NCBI GenBank assembly: GCA_964016885.1
Contig: OZ024741.1
Location: forward strand, 227,850,001-227,914,000
Source of the DNA: Eledone cirrhosa
Taxonomy: Eukaryota
Length of the DNA stretch: 64,000 nucleotides
Direction of reading: 5' to 3'
The translations under genes were made by a program, and so were the position numbers. This document shows, piece after piece, positions 14,750 to 28,887 of this stretch. How positions within the stretch are numbered: position 1 is the stretch's first letter; every line of letters begins with the position of its first letter. The notes under the pieces were generated by a model. It did not search any database. It had not been told where the DNA came from and worked only from the letters and a program-made list of their open reading frames with translations.

Positions 14750-15330
14750 TTAATCGATTTTCATCTGCAAGCAACACAAATGCTGTTGCAGATCCATTGT
14801 AGATGTTTTCAGCATTCATCGACTGTGCCAGTTGCATCTCACGCCATTCTAATCTGAACGAGATCATTAAACGCGGCTAAACCGCTGCTGGCTTCCCATC
14901 GCAACTCAAATCGTTGACGTTAGAGTGAAGGGATGGCAAAAGACCAATTAGTATCACCATCTTCTCGTTGTGCAGTGGTAAGCCCCCTTATCTGGGGTGT
15001 GACATGTAGCAACACTTTCTCTAAGAGCAGTCTGCTGATTTCAGGTTTCGTTGCCAGACAAGCTGAAGATCTCAAGATATTGGAATTTCGGTTGCTTTCC
15101 GATAGGCTTATCGCTAAAGCTATAGTGATAGAAACTTCAAACGTTCCGAGTTCCCGAATCACACCGACATCGAGACAGACATGACCACCCTCAGGAGTAA
15201 GACTTCGCTATCATCAGGAGCAACGCTTTCTCAGTTCTGTCAGCTGGGAGTATGAGGTGGCATACGCCAGGAGTTTAGCACGTCAGTAAGGCAATGTAGA
15301 CGAATGGAATGATAACCTTTCATCGGTTGG
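14750..15330 (+). pseudogene. CRE-like non-LTR retrotransposon, restriction-like endonuclease region, decayed
   Basis: With stops and frameshifts: SRHSNLNEIIKR..AAGFPS..RDGKRP..GKP/LIWGVTCSNT..ARQAEDLK..IET. This matches the CRE pattern RH..LN..R.DGKRPDG..WD.TC.DT..AE..K..ET. Confidence 0.65.
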
Positions 15331-15459
15331 TGCTTCATACATGCATACACCCATACATACATTAGTACTGGCATTTACCATTTATAGACAAATTCATATC
15401 AAATTTACTATATACATACATATATATATATATATATATACATACATATATATATATAC

Positions 15460-15496
<37 letters not shown>

Positions 15497-15732
15497 CTCC
15501 AAATATTTGTATATATATATGTATATACATATACAAATATATATGTATATACATATACATATATATATGTATATACATATACAAATATATATGTATATAC
15601 ATATACATATATATATATATATATACATACATACATATATATATATATATACTCCAAATATTTGTCGAGTGCTTTTATACCAGTTATAAATATTTACTAG
15701 TTGTAACCCAACAATTTTAAATATAACTTTCC

Positions 15733-15789
<57 letters not shown>

Positions 15790-15893
15790 TATATACATAC
15801 ATACGTGCATGCGCATATATACATTATATATATATATATATATAGTATACAAAGTGTGTGAAATAGAAAAAAAAATTAACATCCGAATTAATA

Positions 15894-15979
<86 letters not shown>

Positions 15980-16669
15980 TGCATGCTTTTCTGAAATTCT
16001 GTTTATTAATTCGGATGTTAATTTTTTTTTCTATATCACATACTTTTTTGTTAAAACATGAAACTAAACTGTAGAAAATATATGAAAAAAATTTAGTAAC
16101 ACGTTTGCTGAGTCATGACTGATGAATGTAAAACATGGTTTAGGACGAGATTTTGACTGTAGCAGAGGCGGTTGTATAAGGAGTCAGGGAAGCATGGAGA
16201 GGAGGTAATTGTTGCTGTTGTTAATTGTGGTTGTGGTGTTGATAGTGGTGGTTATGGTGTTGGTAGAGATGGTCATAATGGTGGTAATAGTAATTAAAGA
16301 TTGTTGTTGATAGTGGTAATAGTGTAGTTGCTGTTGTTAATGTTAGTTGATAGTGGTGCTGGTGGTGGTATAGTTGCTGTTGTTCTTGTTGTTGTTGGTT
16401 TCTTGCTGTTATTGTTGTTCTTTTTGGTAACATCATAATATAAGTCATTGTGTGTGTGTGTGCGCGCGTGCACATGTGTGTTTATGTGTGTGCGCACATG
16501 TGTGTTTATGTGTGTGCGCACATGTGTGCGCACATGTGTGTTTATGTGTGTGCGCACATGTGTGTTTATGTGAGTGTAATATTTGCTTGAGTAATTTTGT
16601 TACTATTACATAGATATAAAATTAATATATATGCTTCTATGAGCAAAAGTAAATGTATGTACGACTGAG

Positions 16670-16781
<112 letters not shown>

Positions 16782-17288
16782 TGTGTGTGTGTGTACATGA
16801 TTGACCATATATATATATATATGTGACATTGCGTACGCGTGTGTCCGAAAAATGTGAATGTATATAGTATAGTATGTGTATACGCATGTAATTAAACATG
16901 CATGTGATAAGTAAACGCGCGTGTTTCTGTATGAGTGTATATGAGTATGTTCATCATTGTTCAATTGTCAGTGTGCATGCATTATAGTCTGTAAGTGTGC
17001 ATGTTTTGCGTGTATGTGTACATATTATATATATATATTGACAGTAGATCGATAAGATCCCAGACCTCATTCGCTTAACGACTAGGGTGGAGCTCGTCAA
17101 ATCAGACCGAAGAAACAATGTCTCCATTAGTCTTTCCAATTGCTAATACTATCTGGCAGTCGCAAATCCAGGCAGATGGAGCAACGTGAAATACAGTGTC
17201 CTGCTGACGCACCGCCCGGGAGGGAACCGAAATCACAACTATACGATTGCGAATTCAATTCCTTGGGCATTCAGCCACGCACCTTCAC

Positions 17289-17320
<32 letters not shown>

Positions 17321-17334
17321 TGTATGTATGTATG

Positions 17335-17395
<61 letters not shown>

Positions 17396-17546
17396 ATATA
17401 TATATGTGTACGTCAATACTCATCTTTTTCCATTTATCTGAGGGTTCTAAACCCCGTTATCAAGCTAAAATTCCTTTAGTCAAAAATACGGTGAAGGCTA
17501 TATATTTTCTAATTTCAAACTCGCTCACTGTTTCAAAACATACTTA

Positions 17547-17584
<38 letters not shown>

Positions 17585-17625
17585 AAAGAACACAAGAGCC
17601 TCTACAACATCAAAATATTTTTATT

Positions 17626-17671
17626 GGCTTACAATGTTTCTTCCTTACGTAACCGTAGGATTCGTCAGAGC
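17626..17671 (-). ncRNA. Minimal type I hammerhead motif
   Basis: Minus strand: GCT-CTGACGA-a-TCCTACG-gtta-CGTAaGGA-a-GAAAC-ATT-GTA-AGC, then AATAAA; inside an ~90-bp island in (TA)n. Confidence 0.7.
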
Positions 17672-18873
17672 TATATATATATATATATGTATGTATGTAT
17701 GTGTGTGTGTGTGGCTGAAGGTAATGTAGTATATGTATTTCACTCTTTCAATGCATGTCTATGCTCCCATCTCTAGAAAGTGATGTTTAGCATAGCCGCA
17801 GGTCGATCCAATCCATGTAACTGAAAATAGAGGAAAACTGTGTGGAAGCCTCTCAAATGAACTGATACTAACTCAAATGTTTAGATTTGTCACATGTGAT
17901 CACACAGCTTGAGAACTGCATTAAAGGTACACAAGTCGGTAGAATATTCAACCACGGGCTGGCTGTTGCAACGAGTGTCACTGCCCATTGTCCGCGGGTA
18001 TGCTTTTGTGGCCTTGTCCGCGAGGAGCGCTCAATTACAACCACGCCCAAGGCCCAAAACCTATCTCCCTCCCCCTTCTCCTTCTACTTCCCACTCTTCT
18101 GTGACACTAGAGCCCTTGCCTTCTTTTTCCATTTTTAAAAATATTTTTTTATTTTACATTCTATTCTTTCTTCTCAATCTATTTTTTTCTCTTTCTATTA
18201 AATTATATTTAACGAGTAAGCAATTTCGTTGCCCAAGCAACTGAAACACTCATCGTCGAAACTGACGGAGATTCGTTTATCTTTTATGTCATGTGAAAGG
18301 GAGAAGGGAGCAAGTTTTTTTCGTAATGAAGAGATATTTAGGAGTGCAAGAATATGGATTGATAATTTATCAGTGTCCATTTTAGTGTGTGGTATATTAA
18401 TGATAACGGATATCAACAGCACCAACAACGAGCTCGTTATCAACAACAACAACAATACAAACACAAATAAATAACATCATCATCATCATCAACAATAATA
18501 ATAATAACAATACCAACATCGATAACAGCATTATCAACAATAAACATAGAAACACCAATAATAATAACAAAAATATTTTCGACAACAATAACAACAACAA
18601 CAATTATAACAACAACAACAATTATAACAAAAACAATAACAACAACAATAACTAAACCCTCATAATAATAATATAACTAAGAGCATCAACAATATCGTTA
18701 ATAGTAACAATAAGTGCACAATGAGTAGCAGCAGCAGCAGCAGCAGCAGTAGCAGCAACAACAACAACAACAACAACAGTAAGAACATTATGAACAATAA
18801 CAAGAATAATAACACTGTCGGCAACACGATCGTTAACAATAACCACAGCAACCACATCGTCAACAATAACAAA

Positions 18874-19492
18874 TAATTGTTTCTACTTTTGGCACAAGGC
18901 CAGCAATTATACCAGTGTATTACTGGTACTTTATATTATCGACCCCGTAAAGATGAAAGGCACAGTTAACCTTGGCGGGATTTGAACTCAGATCGTAAAG
19001 GGCCGTAACACTATGGAGTAAAGCATGGCGCTCAACCCTCTACTGATATTGGCAATCAACCACCCATAACAAATAAGGGTTTCTGATTTAGGCACAGGGT
19101 CGACAATTTGGGGGAGGAGAAAGTCGATTAAATGGACCCCAGTGCATTACTGGTACTTTATTTTATCGACCCCGTAAGGATGAAAGGAAAAATACTAACC
19201 TCGGCGTGATTTGAACTCAGAACATAAAGGGCCGTAACAATATGTGGTAAAGCAGCCATGTCAAATATGTATATAATTATTTCTAACGTAAGCACAAAAC
19301 TAAAAGTTGAAAGAGGTTTTAGTCGATTAAATCGACCCTAATGCTTTGCTGCGACAATATTTTATCGACTACTGATAAAACGAAAGGCAAGACTGACCTC
19401 GGTAGAATTTGAATTCAGTAGGTAAAATTCTATAACTAAATGCCAAAAGGGTTTTCGTTCGAAGGTTCTAATGATTCTGTCATTCCACCGCC
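18874..19492 (-). mobile_element. Cluster of tRNA-derived SINE copies (octopus-type)
   Basis: Repeated core GAGTTCAAATCCCGCCGAGG..TTTCATCCTTACGGGGTCGATAAAATAAAGTACCAGT..GGCCTTGTGCC with (ATT)n tail. Other copies at ~9876, 14302, 20352, 21900, 24040, 38062, 46262 and 47860-48340. Confidence 0.85.
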
Positions 19493-19495
19493 ATA

Positions 19496-19750
19496 TCTCT
19501 CTATATAAAACGGTAGTTGTTTGTGTGTGTGTGTCCTCATTTTTGCAAAGTCTACTCCGATTGACTTCAAACTTGCATTCATATATTCCTTGCGGTCTAA
19601 AGATATTAAGTGCAGCTTTTATTTTTCAATTTTTCTGTTGTTAAAGGGGTTTTAGGCGCCGGTTATCGATCTCCGTCGAGCCCTTATAATATGTCTGTAT
19701 GTCTGCTGTCTGCATTACGACATTCTGACGAACACGTAATTGCTAACGCT
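19496..19750 (+). mobile_element. Non-autonomous Helitron-like repeat, 5' part; inverted homolog at 54883-55195, related pieces at 56260-56548 and 60300-60498
   Basis: Begins TCTCTCTATATAAAA; clear homology among the copies. The classification is inferred. Confidence 0.5.
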
Positions 19751-19751
19751 A

Positions 19752-19845
<94 letters not shown>

Positions 19846-19855
19846 CATATATAGT

Positions 19856-19890
<35 letters not shown>

Positions 19891-19943
19891 ATTTATACAT
19901 AGACACACATATATACACACCTATATATATATACATATATAGT

Positions 19944-19975
<32 letters not shown>

Positions 19976-20184
19976 CATTTATACATAGACACACACATAT
20001 ATACACACCTATATATATATATTTTTTTTTTTTTTAGTATATGTTGGTTGTTTACCTACCGACACCTCAGTTTGCAGATGGAGCACTCGACGAAGTACGC
20101 AGGTTGGTTTGGTTACTCCGGAGTAATGTAAAATAAAATAATTAAGTCAAATATTTAAAATTTGGCTTCGTTTATTAAAGATGT

Positions 20185-20239
20185 AGTGCTATATATATTT
20201 CGGTGACAGCCATCATTGGCTGTGACCTCTTCAGGCAGT
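20185..20239 (-). ncRNA. Type I hammerhead motif
   Basis: Minus strand: TGC-CTGAAGA-GGTcACAGCCA-atga-TGGCTGTcACC-GAAA-TATATA-TA-GCA, then AATAAA. Confidence 0.78.
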
Positions 20240-21059
20240 CCGAATTGGTGTGGTAGAGACAGGTACACATGTTGTTAAAGTGTTTTGGAGGTGCTATTAC
20301 CAATGTTCTTACCCGTGCAACGACGGGATACATTGCTAGTTATTGCATATAATGATTTCTACTATAGGCACAAGGTCAGCAATTTTGGGGGAGGTGAAAG
20401 TCGATTAAATCGACTTCAGTGTATTACTGGTATATTATTTCATCAACTTCGTAAGGATGAAAGGCAAAGCTAACCTCGGCGGGATTTGAACTCAGACCAT
20501 AAAGGGCCGTAACTCAATGCTTCAAAGCATGGTGTCCGATGCTCTACCGATTCTATAGTAATATTATCCGAACGTAGTTAACAAAATGTTTTGTTTTATA
20601 TATATTGTTCTGTAACTGATAAGTTATATATAAGATGATAAATTTGGTTGAAATATTGGAGGCTCAGTCATTGGTAGGTTGTTTTCTCTCATCAGCATAT
20701 TTACTTCAAATGCATACTGTCCAGACAGAGGCTTTTGTCCATATTGGTCTTCTAACTGCTTATTTTCGTTAGTTGCTTGATACTGTTATCTTGCATGGCG
20801 ACAGTTTTTCCTAGCTGCTTACTTACTACAAGGATTATATTGAGCTCATTGGCGTATTATTTAAATTCAATCTAAAATTAAGTGTATTTTTTTTTTTTTT
20901 GTGTGTGTGTGTGTGTGTGTGGATTCAATTTTTACTACTCGTTGCAAAATCCAACCTTCTGTGAACTCTAGTTCTGCCTAAATCTCCCTATTGTTTTGCT
21001 GTTTTACATGACAGTAGTTGTGTAATTTCTTGCCTCCCTTACTTCTCTGAAGATAGAGC

Positions 21060-21880
21060 CTTGGTGAGGTGCATTTTGTCGCATGTCAGTATCGTTCGGA
21101 TCTTTGTATCTATCGGTTTAATTTCACTTATGTTCCATTTGACGACGTAAGAGCTGTCAGCCTACCGGGAGGGCACTGCCGGTTCGAGATAAACTCTACA
21201 GGCGCGAAAGTGCTGTCAGACGGACCTCCCCGAGATGCGCGCAGAGCGACGAAACCATTGTGCACGCATTTGTCCAGTATCCGTGTAATACTGGCTTGTG
21301 GAGTTATGTCGAACAGCTGTTGTTACGTGTAGGACGGATCTGGCTTTCGACAGCGTCCACAGTGTAGATTGCCCCGCCACCTTTTGGCTGAAGCGAAAGA
21401 GGTCGTGTGGTGGACCAGGTTGAAAGGACTCAAGACAGATACTTTTCTCTTCGGCCAATCTCTCATCAACGTTTTCAAGTTTCACTTGGAAAAGAAGGGT
21501 AGGATGGAGGGAGAAGCCCCCCCCCCCCCCCAGTACATTTGCTAAAAGGTGGATGAATGTGGACAGAATAGCGCGTGTAAATGGGATTGCTCTGAACATG
21601 CGCCTGTAGGGCGGTTAATTTGAGGAGGAGATGAGTGCTCTTCCCGGGTGCTCTCACAGGGTCGGATGGTTCAGGATTGGTGAGGTACCTGAGCCGCCCG
21701 GGGTTGCTATTCCCACCCCCTATTGGGGAATTTTCATTGTATTTTTCTTGTTTATTGCTATTGTTTTCATATTGTTTCTCGATGTTTGTGTAAAACCCCA
21801 CTGTCCCTGTCTATTGTATTACCCCCTATATGTAAGCCCTTGTGGCCAATAAATGAAGCAATTATTATTATTATTATTGA
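21060..21880 (+). pseudogene. Tx1/L1-like LINE 3' end, decayed
   Basis: Zinc-knuckle remnant PRCAQSDETIVHAFVQYP; F.KRW-like C-terminus; AATAAA and (ATT)n tail. Confidence 0.55.
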
Positions 21881-22699
21881 TTGCCTTTCCTCCTTACAGA
21901 GTCATAAAATAAAGCACCAGTAATGCACTGTGGGTCGATTTAATCGACTTTCCCCACCCTTCAAATTGCTGCCCAATTATTTCGGTATCTTCTATAACTC
22001 GAACAAAATATTCAGTTTTCACATTTGCAAATCATTTGTTTTCAGTTTACCTTGCAGCTTCATTCCATTTAAAATCACATTTCTCCAATATTTCTTTAAT
22101 TAAAATTTGTATTTTCATTAATGAAGTTCCTATGGATAAGGATTTCTTACATAGGCACAAAGTGGGGAATTTTGAAGGAGGGAACAGTTGATTATATCGA
22201 CCAGTACTTAGTTGGTACATTTTTTTTATCGACCCCGGAAGAATGAGAACTATCAATCATACCTAGTGAAAGACATGTCACAACTACATCTACACGATTG
22301 TCACTTCCGCTTAACTTCAGTGTCTGTTGTCAATCATTTTAGTTCTTTTATCTCCACTCTCTATCTCATAATATTAACATCTGTTACATCACTCACCTCC
22401 TTCTCCCTATCTAATCCTTTGTTTTCCCTTTCTCTATTATTTTCCAGTTCTCCTATTCTTCCTATCACTTTTATTTTTTCAAATTCTACTTTTTAGTGCT
22501 CCTCCCACTTTGATATTTTCTGCAAATAAAATTAGACAACCAGTGCTCACGTTTGCAAATCACTTGCTTCCTTCTTTTACTTTGGGATTGTATTTCTATT
22601 TAACTTCACAATATTTGTAAATTAAAAATTGTTTTTAATCAATATTTCCTTTACTAATACCACAACCTCTCCTGCTGCCAAATACAAGCGTATTCTGAT

Positions 22700-22880
22700 T
22701 CTACGTGCAGCGACATATTCTTCAGCGGCAACCTGGTGCAGTCTACGACTAATCCAGGCTCTGCTGCACTTCGGGCTGAGGAAGGTAAACTCTCCAAGTA
22801 TTGGTCACTCCCCGACAGGTTTACAGTCGAGCCCCTAGTAGTGGAGACTTTTGGTGTCCTTAGCCCTACGGCTACCTAAG
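22700..22880 (+). pseudogene. CRE-like endonuclease fragment
   Basis: TCSDIFFSGNLVQSTTNPGSAALRAEEGKLSKYWSLPDRFTVEPLVVETFGVL. Confidence 0.6.
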
Positions 22881-22892
22881 CGCAAACTAAGT

Positions 22893-23184
22893 ACATGACA
22901 CACAAAAACAAGATGGTGTAGGACAGAACAAAGGAGAGACACAAAATATAAACCTAATCATTGAGGGGGTCACAGAATGTGTGAGGAAAGATCTTAGACA
23001 ATATATTAACAATCCGGTTATCGAACCAATCAAGCAACCAACCAGAAATTTATAATAGATTGAAGTGAAAACCAATAGGTGCATGTGTTTTTATTGGCAG
23101 CATGACCCTCCCAAAGTATAACAATATATGTTTCAACACACGTTTTCAGATACGAAATCTTGCAAAACAAATTCACAAAACGAA

Positions 23185-23185
<1 letters not shown>
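22893..23185 (+). mobile_element. Solo PLE 3' end (relative of the 1691-5869 element), degenerate hammerhead
   Basis: Homologous to 27327-27566 plus tail; ends ATGACCCTCCCAAAGTATAACAATAT...CACAAAACG then (TA)n. Confidence 0.75.
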
Positions 23186-23232
<47 letters not shown>

Positions 23233-23239
23233 GGGGGGG

Positions 23240-23285
<46 letters not shown>

Positions 23286-24700
23286 ATATACATATTATAC
23301 ATATTAAGCTTTTTGTTCTATTAGGATTTGGGGAAAATAAAATGGCAATTTTTCTACATGGCAGACATGTTGGAATGCTTTTTTTCTGTGCACTGATCTT
23401 TCCTGCTGGTATCTAATTGTATCAAGCTGGACATATCTACTTCCGTTTATATATGACTTTCTCAGCATTTAGTGACCAAAAATAAATGTTCTTACCATCT
23501 TCAGACCATTTATTGTTATATTTGAAGTTGCACTTGATATTTTACAAAACGGAAATCAGACTAACACTCATTAACACCACGTTTTCTTGCAGATAGAACG
23601 TGATATCTAGATTGTTACTTACTTAAATAACTTTCGTAGATTAAAAAATGGACTTTACCTATACATATGTATTAGTGACTACACACACAAACATATATAT
23701 ATATGTGTGCGCGCGTGTGTAGTGTGTAATAGGAATTAGCAGTTCGATACAATACTGTAATGCATTGAGGCTTCGGATATTATCTCTATCTTTCCGCACA
23801 CAAAAATTGCTAAATAATGACAGGTATGAAAACTGATATTAGAGCTAATTCACATTGATATAGCTATGAGCGATCGTGCCCAAATAATATATGCATATAT
23901 ATGGTCCCGTAACTCATGATGGAGTCATAGGGGCGCCGTATTCACATACGGCGTTTCTTGGGCAGTTTTAAGCCTGGCGGAGCCCATTCCTCCCCAGTCC
24001 TGAGTACAGCAGGAAATGAGAATGAGATATAGAGGAAGAATCAACCCTAGTACTAGACTGGTACTTTTTTTTATCGACCCCGAAAGGATGAAAGGCAAAG
24101 TTAATCTCGGCGGGATTTGAACTCAGAGAGCAGAGGGCCGGTAGGAATACCATAAAGCATTCTAACCGACGTTCTAACCACTCTGCCAATTCGCCGCCTA
24201 TAAATAGTACATAACAGGGCTAATAAGAAATTCAAAAGATTAAATAGACTCAACAGAAAACGTTAAAAACTTACATTTCAAGCACCTGGACCCGCTTTTT
24301 CGATCCTGCTAGAATGTTTAATTACAAATACTAAAATGTTCTAATTAACGTTTATTATAGAATAGAACATTAGGCATAGCCACAATAATTTTACAGTAGC
24401 ATGGCGTGCCATGCTGCCAGCGAAAATTGGCGGAAAGGTACTAAATCAAATTATCGGCAATAAAATGGAGGGTTTACAAAGATAAGAGGCCTCAATACGT
24501 CACATAGAATGTAGAGTATGCATTTGTAAGTTAGTAGTTAATAAATGCCATGGTATTTATATAATTAAATACGTGTCGGAGTGTTTATGAAACTGAATAA
24601 TCACTGTGACAGTCACTAAAAGCCATCCACCATCATGCGTATCTGCGTGCACTTGTGTATTTGTGTGTTTTGGTTGTGAAAGTGTGCGTTTGTATGCGTT

Positions 24701-24757
<57 letters not shown>

Positions 24758-25080
24758 GAAAAAGTGAAGAATAACATGGTCAACAGTACAAAAAAGGGAT
24801 TTATTTACAGTCTGACAATTGTTTCACTGATTAAGTTGTCTAAAAATTGCTGAACACTAGAAGCAGTGCCACACAATTTTAAATACGATGTTGACCATGT
24901 TATTCTTCACTTTTTCAATTTTATTACTCCAAGATAAACTTACATAGGAATACAAGTGAAATCATAAACTCGCCACCTACGTAAACCTCTTGTTGAGTCA
25001 AACAACGCCGTACGCTAAAACTATCCATAATAAGAAGTATTCACAACCTCTAACTGGATTACCTATAACGATATTTTGTT

Positions 25081-25136
<56 letters not shown>

Positions 25137-25263
25137 TATATGTGTGTCTGTGTGTCTGTATGTTTCTCCGTAATCGACAAAATATCTACGTTGCATGTAA
25201 GAGTTATTTTTCTATGATTAACTACATCTTTAGAGATGGACATTTTTTTAGTGTGTTTATATT

Positions 25264-25309
25264 TACGCCACGTTTCGATTAGTTTCATCTCCGGTCGTCA
25301 TCAGGCGTA
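25264..25309 (-). ncRNA. Degenerate hammerhead motif
   Basis: TACGC-CTGATGA...GAAAC-GTG-GCGTA. Stem I is 5 bp, but the cleavage triplet is GUG and stem II is poor. Confidence 0.45.
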
Positions 25310-26851
25310 TTGTTTCTGGCGGCTTAATTGGTAGGGGTCTCCAGCTCATGATCGTAAGGTCGGGAGTTCGATTTCCAGCAGTGCATTGTGTCTTGGACAA
25401 ACAACTTTATTTTACCTTGACTCAGTTCGAAATCCAAAGGATATATTTTTTTCTCGATTAATCTTCCAAAGTATTACGTTAAGACTACACGAATATTCAG
25501 TGTGCTCAGTCACATGCATGTTAACTTCACGGGAAAACTGTTCCGTCGATCAAAGTGGCACACTCGTCATCGATAACAACGGAGGCCCAATACACATGAA
25601 ACTAAATGGGATTCTAACTGCAAACATTTCTTCCTAGCCTATGGGTACTTGATCATTGTTTGTGTGTTCAAATCCTACTAACCACTAAAGAAAACTTGCC
25701 GTAGTGTTTTTGAGACAATATTTAATCCCACAGTTTCCTAATTCGAATAGATATCAAAATGGAATAGACGCTATACCATTTAACATTGATACTTGGAATA
25801 TATGAGGGTTTATGACAATATTTTTGTCTGGACCCAGCTTTAAACGTAGCACTCTACATTATTTTGGCACACAATGAATATTCTCGGTGATAGATTGGCA
25901 TTTTATTTGGTGAAAGATTTGTCTCTCATTATACTGTTTCTTGAGTAGTAAAATGTACTATAATACTATAATACTATAATATAGTTCAGTGTATCTTGCA
26001 AACAAGAGGAAATAAGGATTGGTTGATATAGGAATGCTACATATCATAGACTGGTGTTTAACCAGCTTGAGGTATATCTCTCCTCACAGAAACTCTCAGC
26101 TAGAACTCTTAATTTTAGAATTCCTCAGTTCATATAGGTAAATTGTTTTCTGTTTTCAATAAATTATTTTCAATAAACAGGCGTTCTAGCAAATGGAAAA
26201 GAATGATGGGGGAAGAGATTTATCCCCCATCTGCATCTCAACATAAAATCGGAGCTAAGCAGCAAGTTCTTAAAAGCTTCTCTGAGGCTTTTTTTTATAT
26301 ATATATTAGACTTACAATTCCTACAGATTTATGGCCTGGTGCCAATGCCAGAAAATCAATAATACCTCCATAATTCTATAAGCATAGAATGTATAACCAC
26401 ATATCCTTTAACATATCAACTTACCGCACAAACTCAATGAATATGTACAAATATATGAAATGAAAACTATGGCAACGGAGGCAAAGTGGGACAATAATCG
26501 AAGCGATGTGAAGGGGATGGAGTGGATGATTGAACCCGTACTATTTACTTTATTGGCTTCTTCTTATTTATTGGTTATTGGTTAATTCATTTCATTTCCT
26601 GTTCTAACACATTTCCTAGTTACCGATAGGTTTATAAGTGATTGAATTTCAACCAGTGTGTACATTACATACATATGTACATCGGACTTATATGCATGCA
26701 TAGATGCATACACACATGCATACATACATAAACACTAGGTATAAGCGTAGAGGTTATTATCATATATATATTTATATCAATATATACATATATATATGTA
26801 TATATATGCATACATACATATGTATATATATATATATATACATACATACAA

Positions 26852-26884
<33 letters not shown>

Positions 26885-26934
26885 TTATTATTATTATTAT
26901 TATTACTACTATATATATATATATATACATACAT

Positions 26935-26996
<62 letters not shown>

Positions 26997-26998
<2 letters not shown>

Positions 26999-27558
26999 TT
27001 TCTGAATTTGTTTAGCAAGATTCTTTATCTGAAAACGTGTGTTGAAACCGATATTGTTATACTTTGGGAAAGTGATGTTGCCAATAAGAAACACACGCAC
27101 CAGTTGCTTTCACTTCAATTTATTATAAATTAAATTTATAAATTTAGGAATTTATAAATTTCCGGTTGGTTGGTTGGTTCCACAAGCAGACGATTGTTCA
27201 TATATTGTCAAAGTTCTTTCGTCACACATTCTGTGACCTCTTCAGTGACTGGGGATTCTTTTCTTTGTGTTTGTGCCTCTCCTTTGTTCTGTCCTACGCC
27301 ATCTTGTTTTTGTGTGTGTTGTGTGAAGCACAAAGGAGAGGCACAAAAACAAAGAAAAGAATCCCCAGTCACTGAAGAGGTCACAGAATGTGTGACGAAA
27401 GAACTTTGACAATATATGAACAATCGTCTGCTTGTGGAACCAACCAACCAACCGGAAATTTATAAATTCCTAAATTTATAAATTTAATTTATAATAAATT
27501 GAAGTGAAAGCAACTGGTGCGTGTGTTTCTTATTGGCAACATGACCCTCCCAAAGTAT

Positions 27559-27566
<8 letters not shown>
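26997..27566. mobile_element. Palindromic ORF-less PLE end: 240-bp inverted arms, each with a hammerhead
   Basis: Arms 27051-27290 and 27327-27566 (sum 54617), with a 54-nt tail on the left arm only. Hammerhead GTCA-CTGAAGA-g-GTCACA-gaatg-TGTGAC-GAAAG-aa-CTT-TGAC at 27368-27410 (+) and 27207-27249 (-). Confidence 0.88.
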
Positions 27567-27598
<32 letters not shown>

Positions 27599-28031
27599 AT
27601 ACATACATTCATACATGCATTGATACATACACACGTACGTACATACTTACATATACGCTATGTTAGTAATGCCGAGTTGAAGAAGAGTACTCAATACTGA
27701 ATGAGAGCGTAAATTTATTTACTGCCAAGCGTGTATTTGTGTGTGTGTGTGTACTTTTGAGTATGTTTTTGTTGGACCACCGACGTTTCTGACAAGGGGT
27801 CCAATTCATTCAATCAACGGCGTTCCCTACTTATGAAATTAACGTGTACCTGGCTGAGCTTTCAACAGACACGTATACCCTTAACGTAATTCCCAGGAAA
27901 ATTCAGCGTGACAGTGTGGGTGCGTAAAGGCTGCGCCCATGACATATGAGAGAACTGAGGCAAGGTGAAATAAACTCAGGACTTTACAATCGCGAAGAGA
28001 ACACTTCAACCACACCTTTCCGCTACACATG

Positions 28032-28150
<119 letters not shown>

Positions 28151-28255
28151 GTAAAAGTTATTTAAATTGTTGGGATACAACAAGCAAATATTTTTATAAC
28201 TGATATAAAGCACTTCCAAAAGTAACGGTTGCATTTTGAAAGGGTATGTTAAAAT

Positions 28256-28362
28256 TTATTTATAAAACTGGTATATATTGTATTTTGTCTGATGAAAGCA
28301 TACCATAATTTAACATGGTATCCTTGAAATATGTATAATAAAATAGATATGGTTTTATAAAT
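28256..28362 (+). ncRNA. Type I hammerhead motif with extended stem I
   Basis: TATTTTGT-CTGATGA-AAGcATACCAT...ATGGTATcCTT-GAAA-TATG-TA-..ATAAAATA; outer pairing ATTTATAAAAC / GTTTTATAAAT. Confidence 0.78.
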
Positions 28363-28400
28363 ATAGTTTCCATTTGTTAATATCGTATATATATATATAT

Positions 28401-28847
28401 ATTTAAAAGAATAGAGGCGTAACACACGAGTTGTGATATATTGGCAAATGGAAAAGAAAATGCTGACAAATTGTTCCCAGTGAAAAATAGTTTAATTAGG
28501 AATAAGTAAAAATTAGTAATAAGTATTGGTTAGTATTCAGTTTTAGTTTTAAGTTTTTACCGCTGCACATTTCTAATGCTTTCAAAAATAATTTTGAGAT
28601 AGAGCGCCCGTGATGTTTGCTCTAATCTGATTAGTTTTGGAAATTCTACCTGTTTTATGTGAAAAAAGTGGCTGATTGAGAAGTCACTGAAAAATAAGTC
28701 TTTTAAGACAAATACGTGTGTGTAGTAAAGAGGTTCATTGTTGTGATAATGGTCAGTAGGGATGTGTGTGTGAATTGCAGTCATGTTGAAAGGTCAACAG
28801 TTCAGGTGCCTATTAAGACAAATATGTGTGTGTGTACGTGTGTGTGT

Positions 28848-28887
<40 letters not shown>

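Noticed and set aside
16200-16440. Poly-Q/H/T and poly-L/V ORFs (also 18400-18870, 36270-36440, 44280-44950)
   Set aside because: Degenerate trinucleotide repeats without splice or homology support.
24750-24924. 35-bp inverted repeat resembling a MITE
   Set aside because: No TSD-defined ends. It contains only a 3' hammerhead half (GAAACAATTGTC, -), so it is better explained as a truncated inverted PLE-type end.
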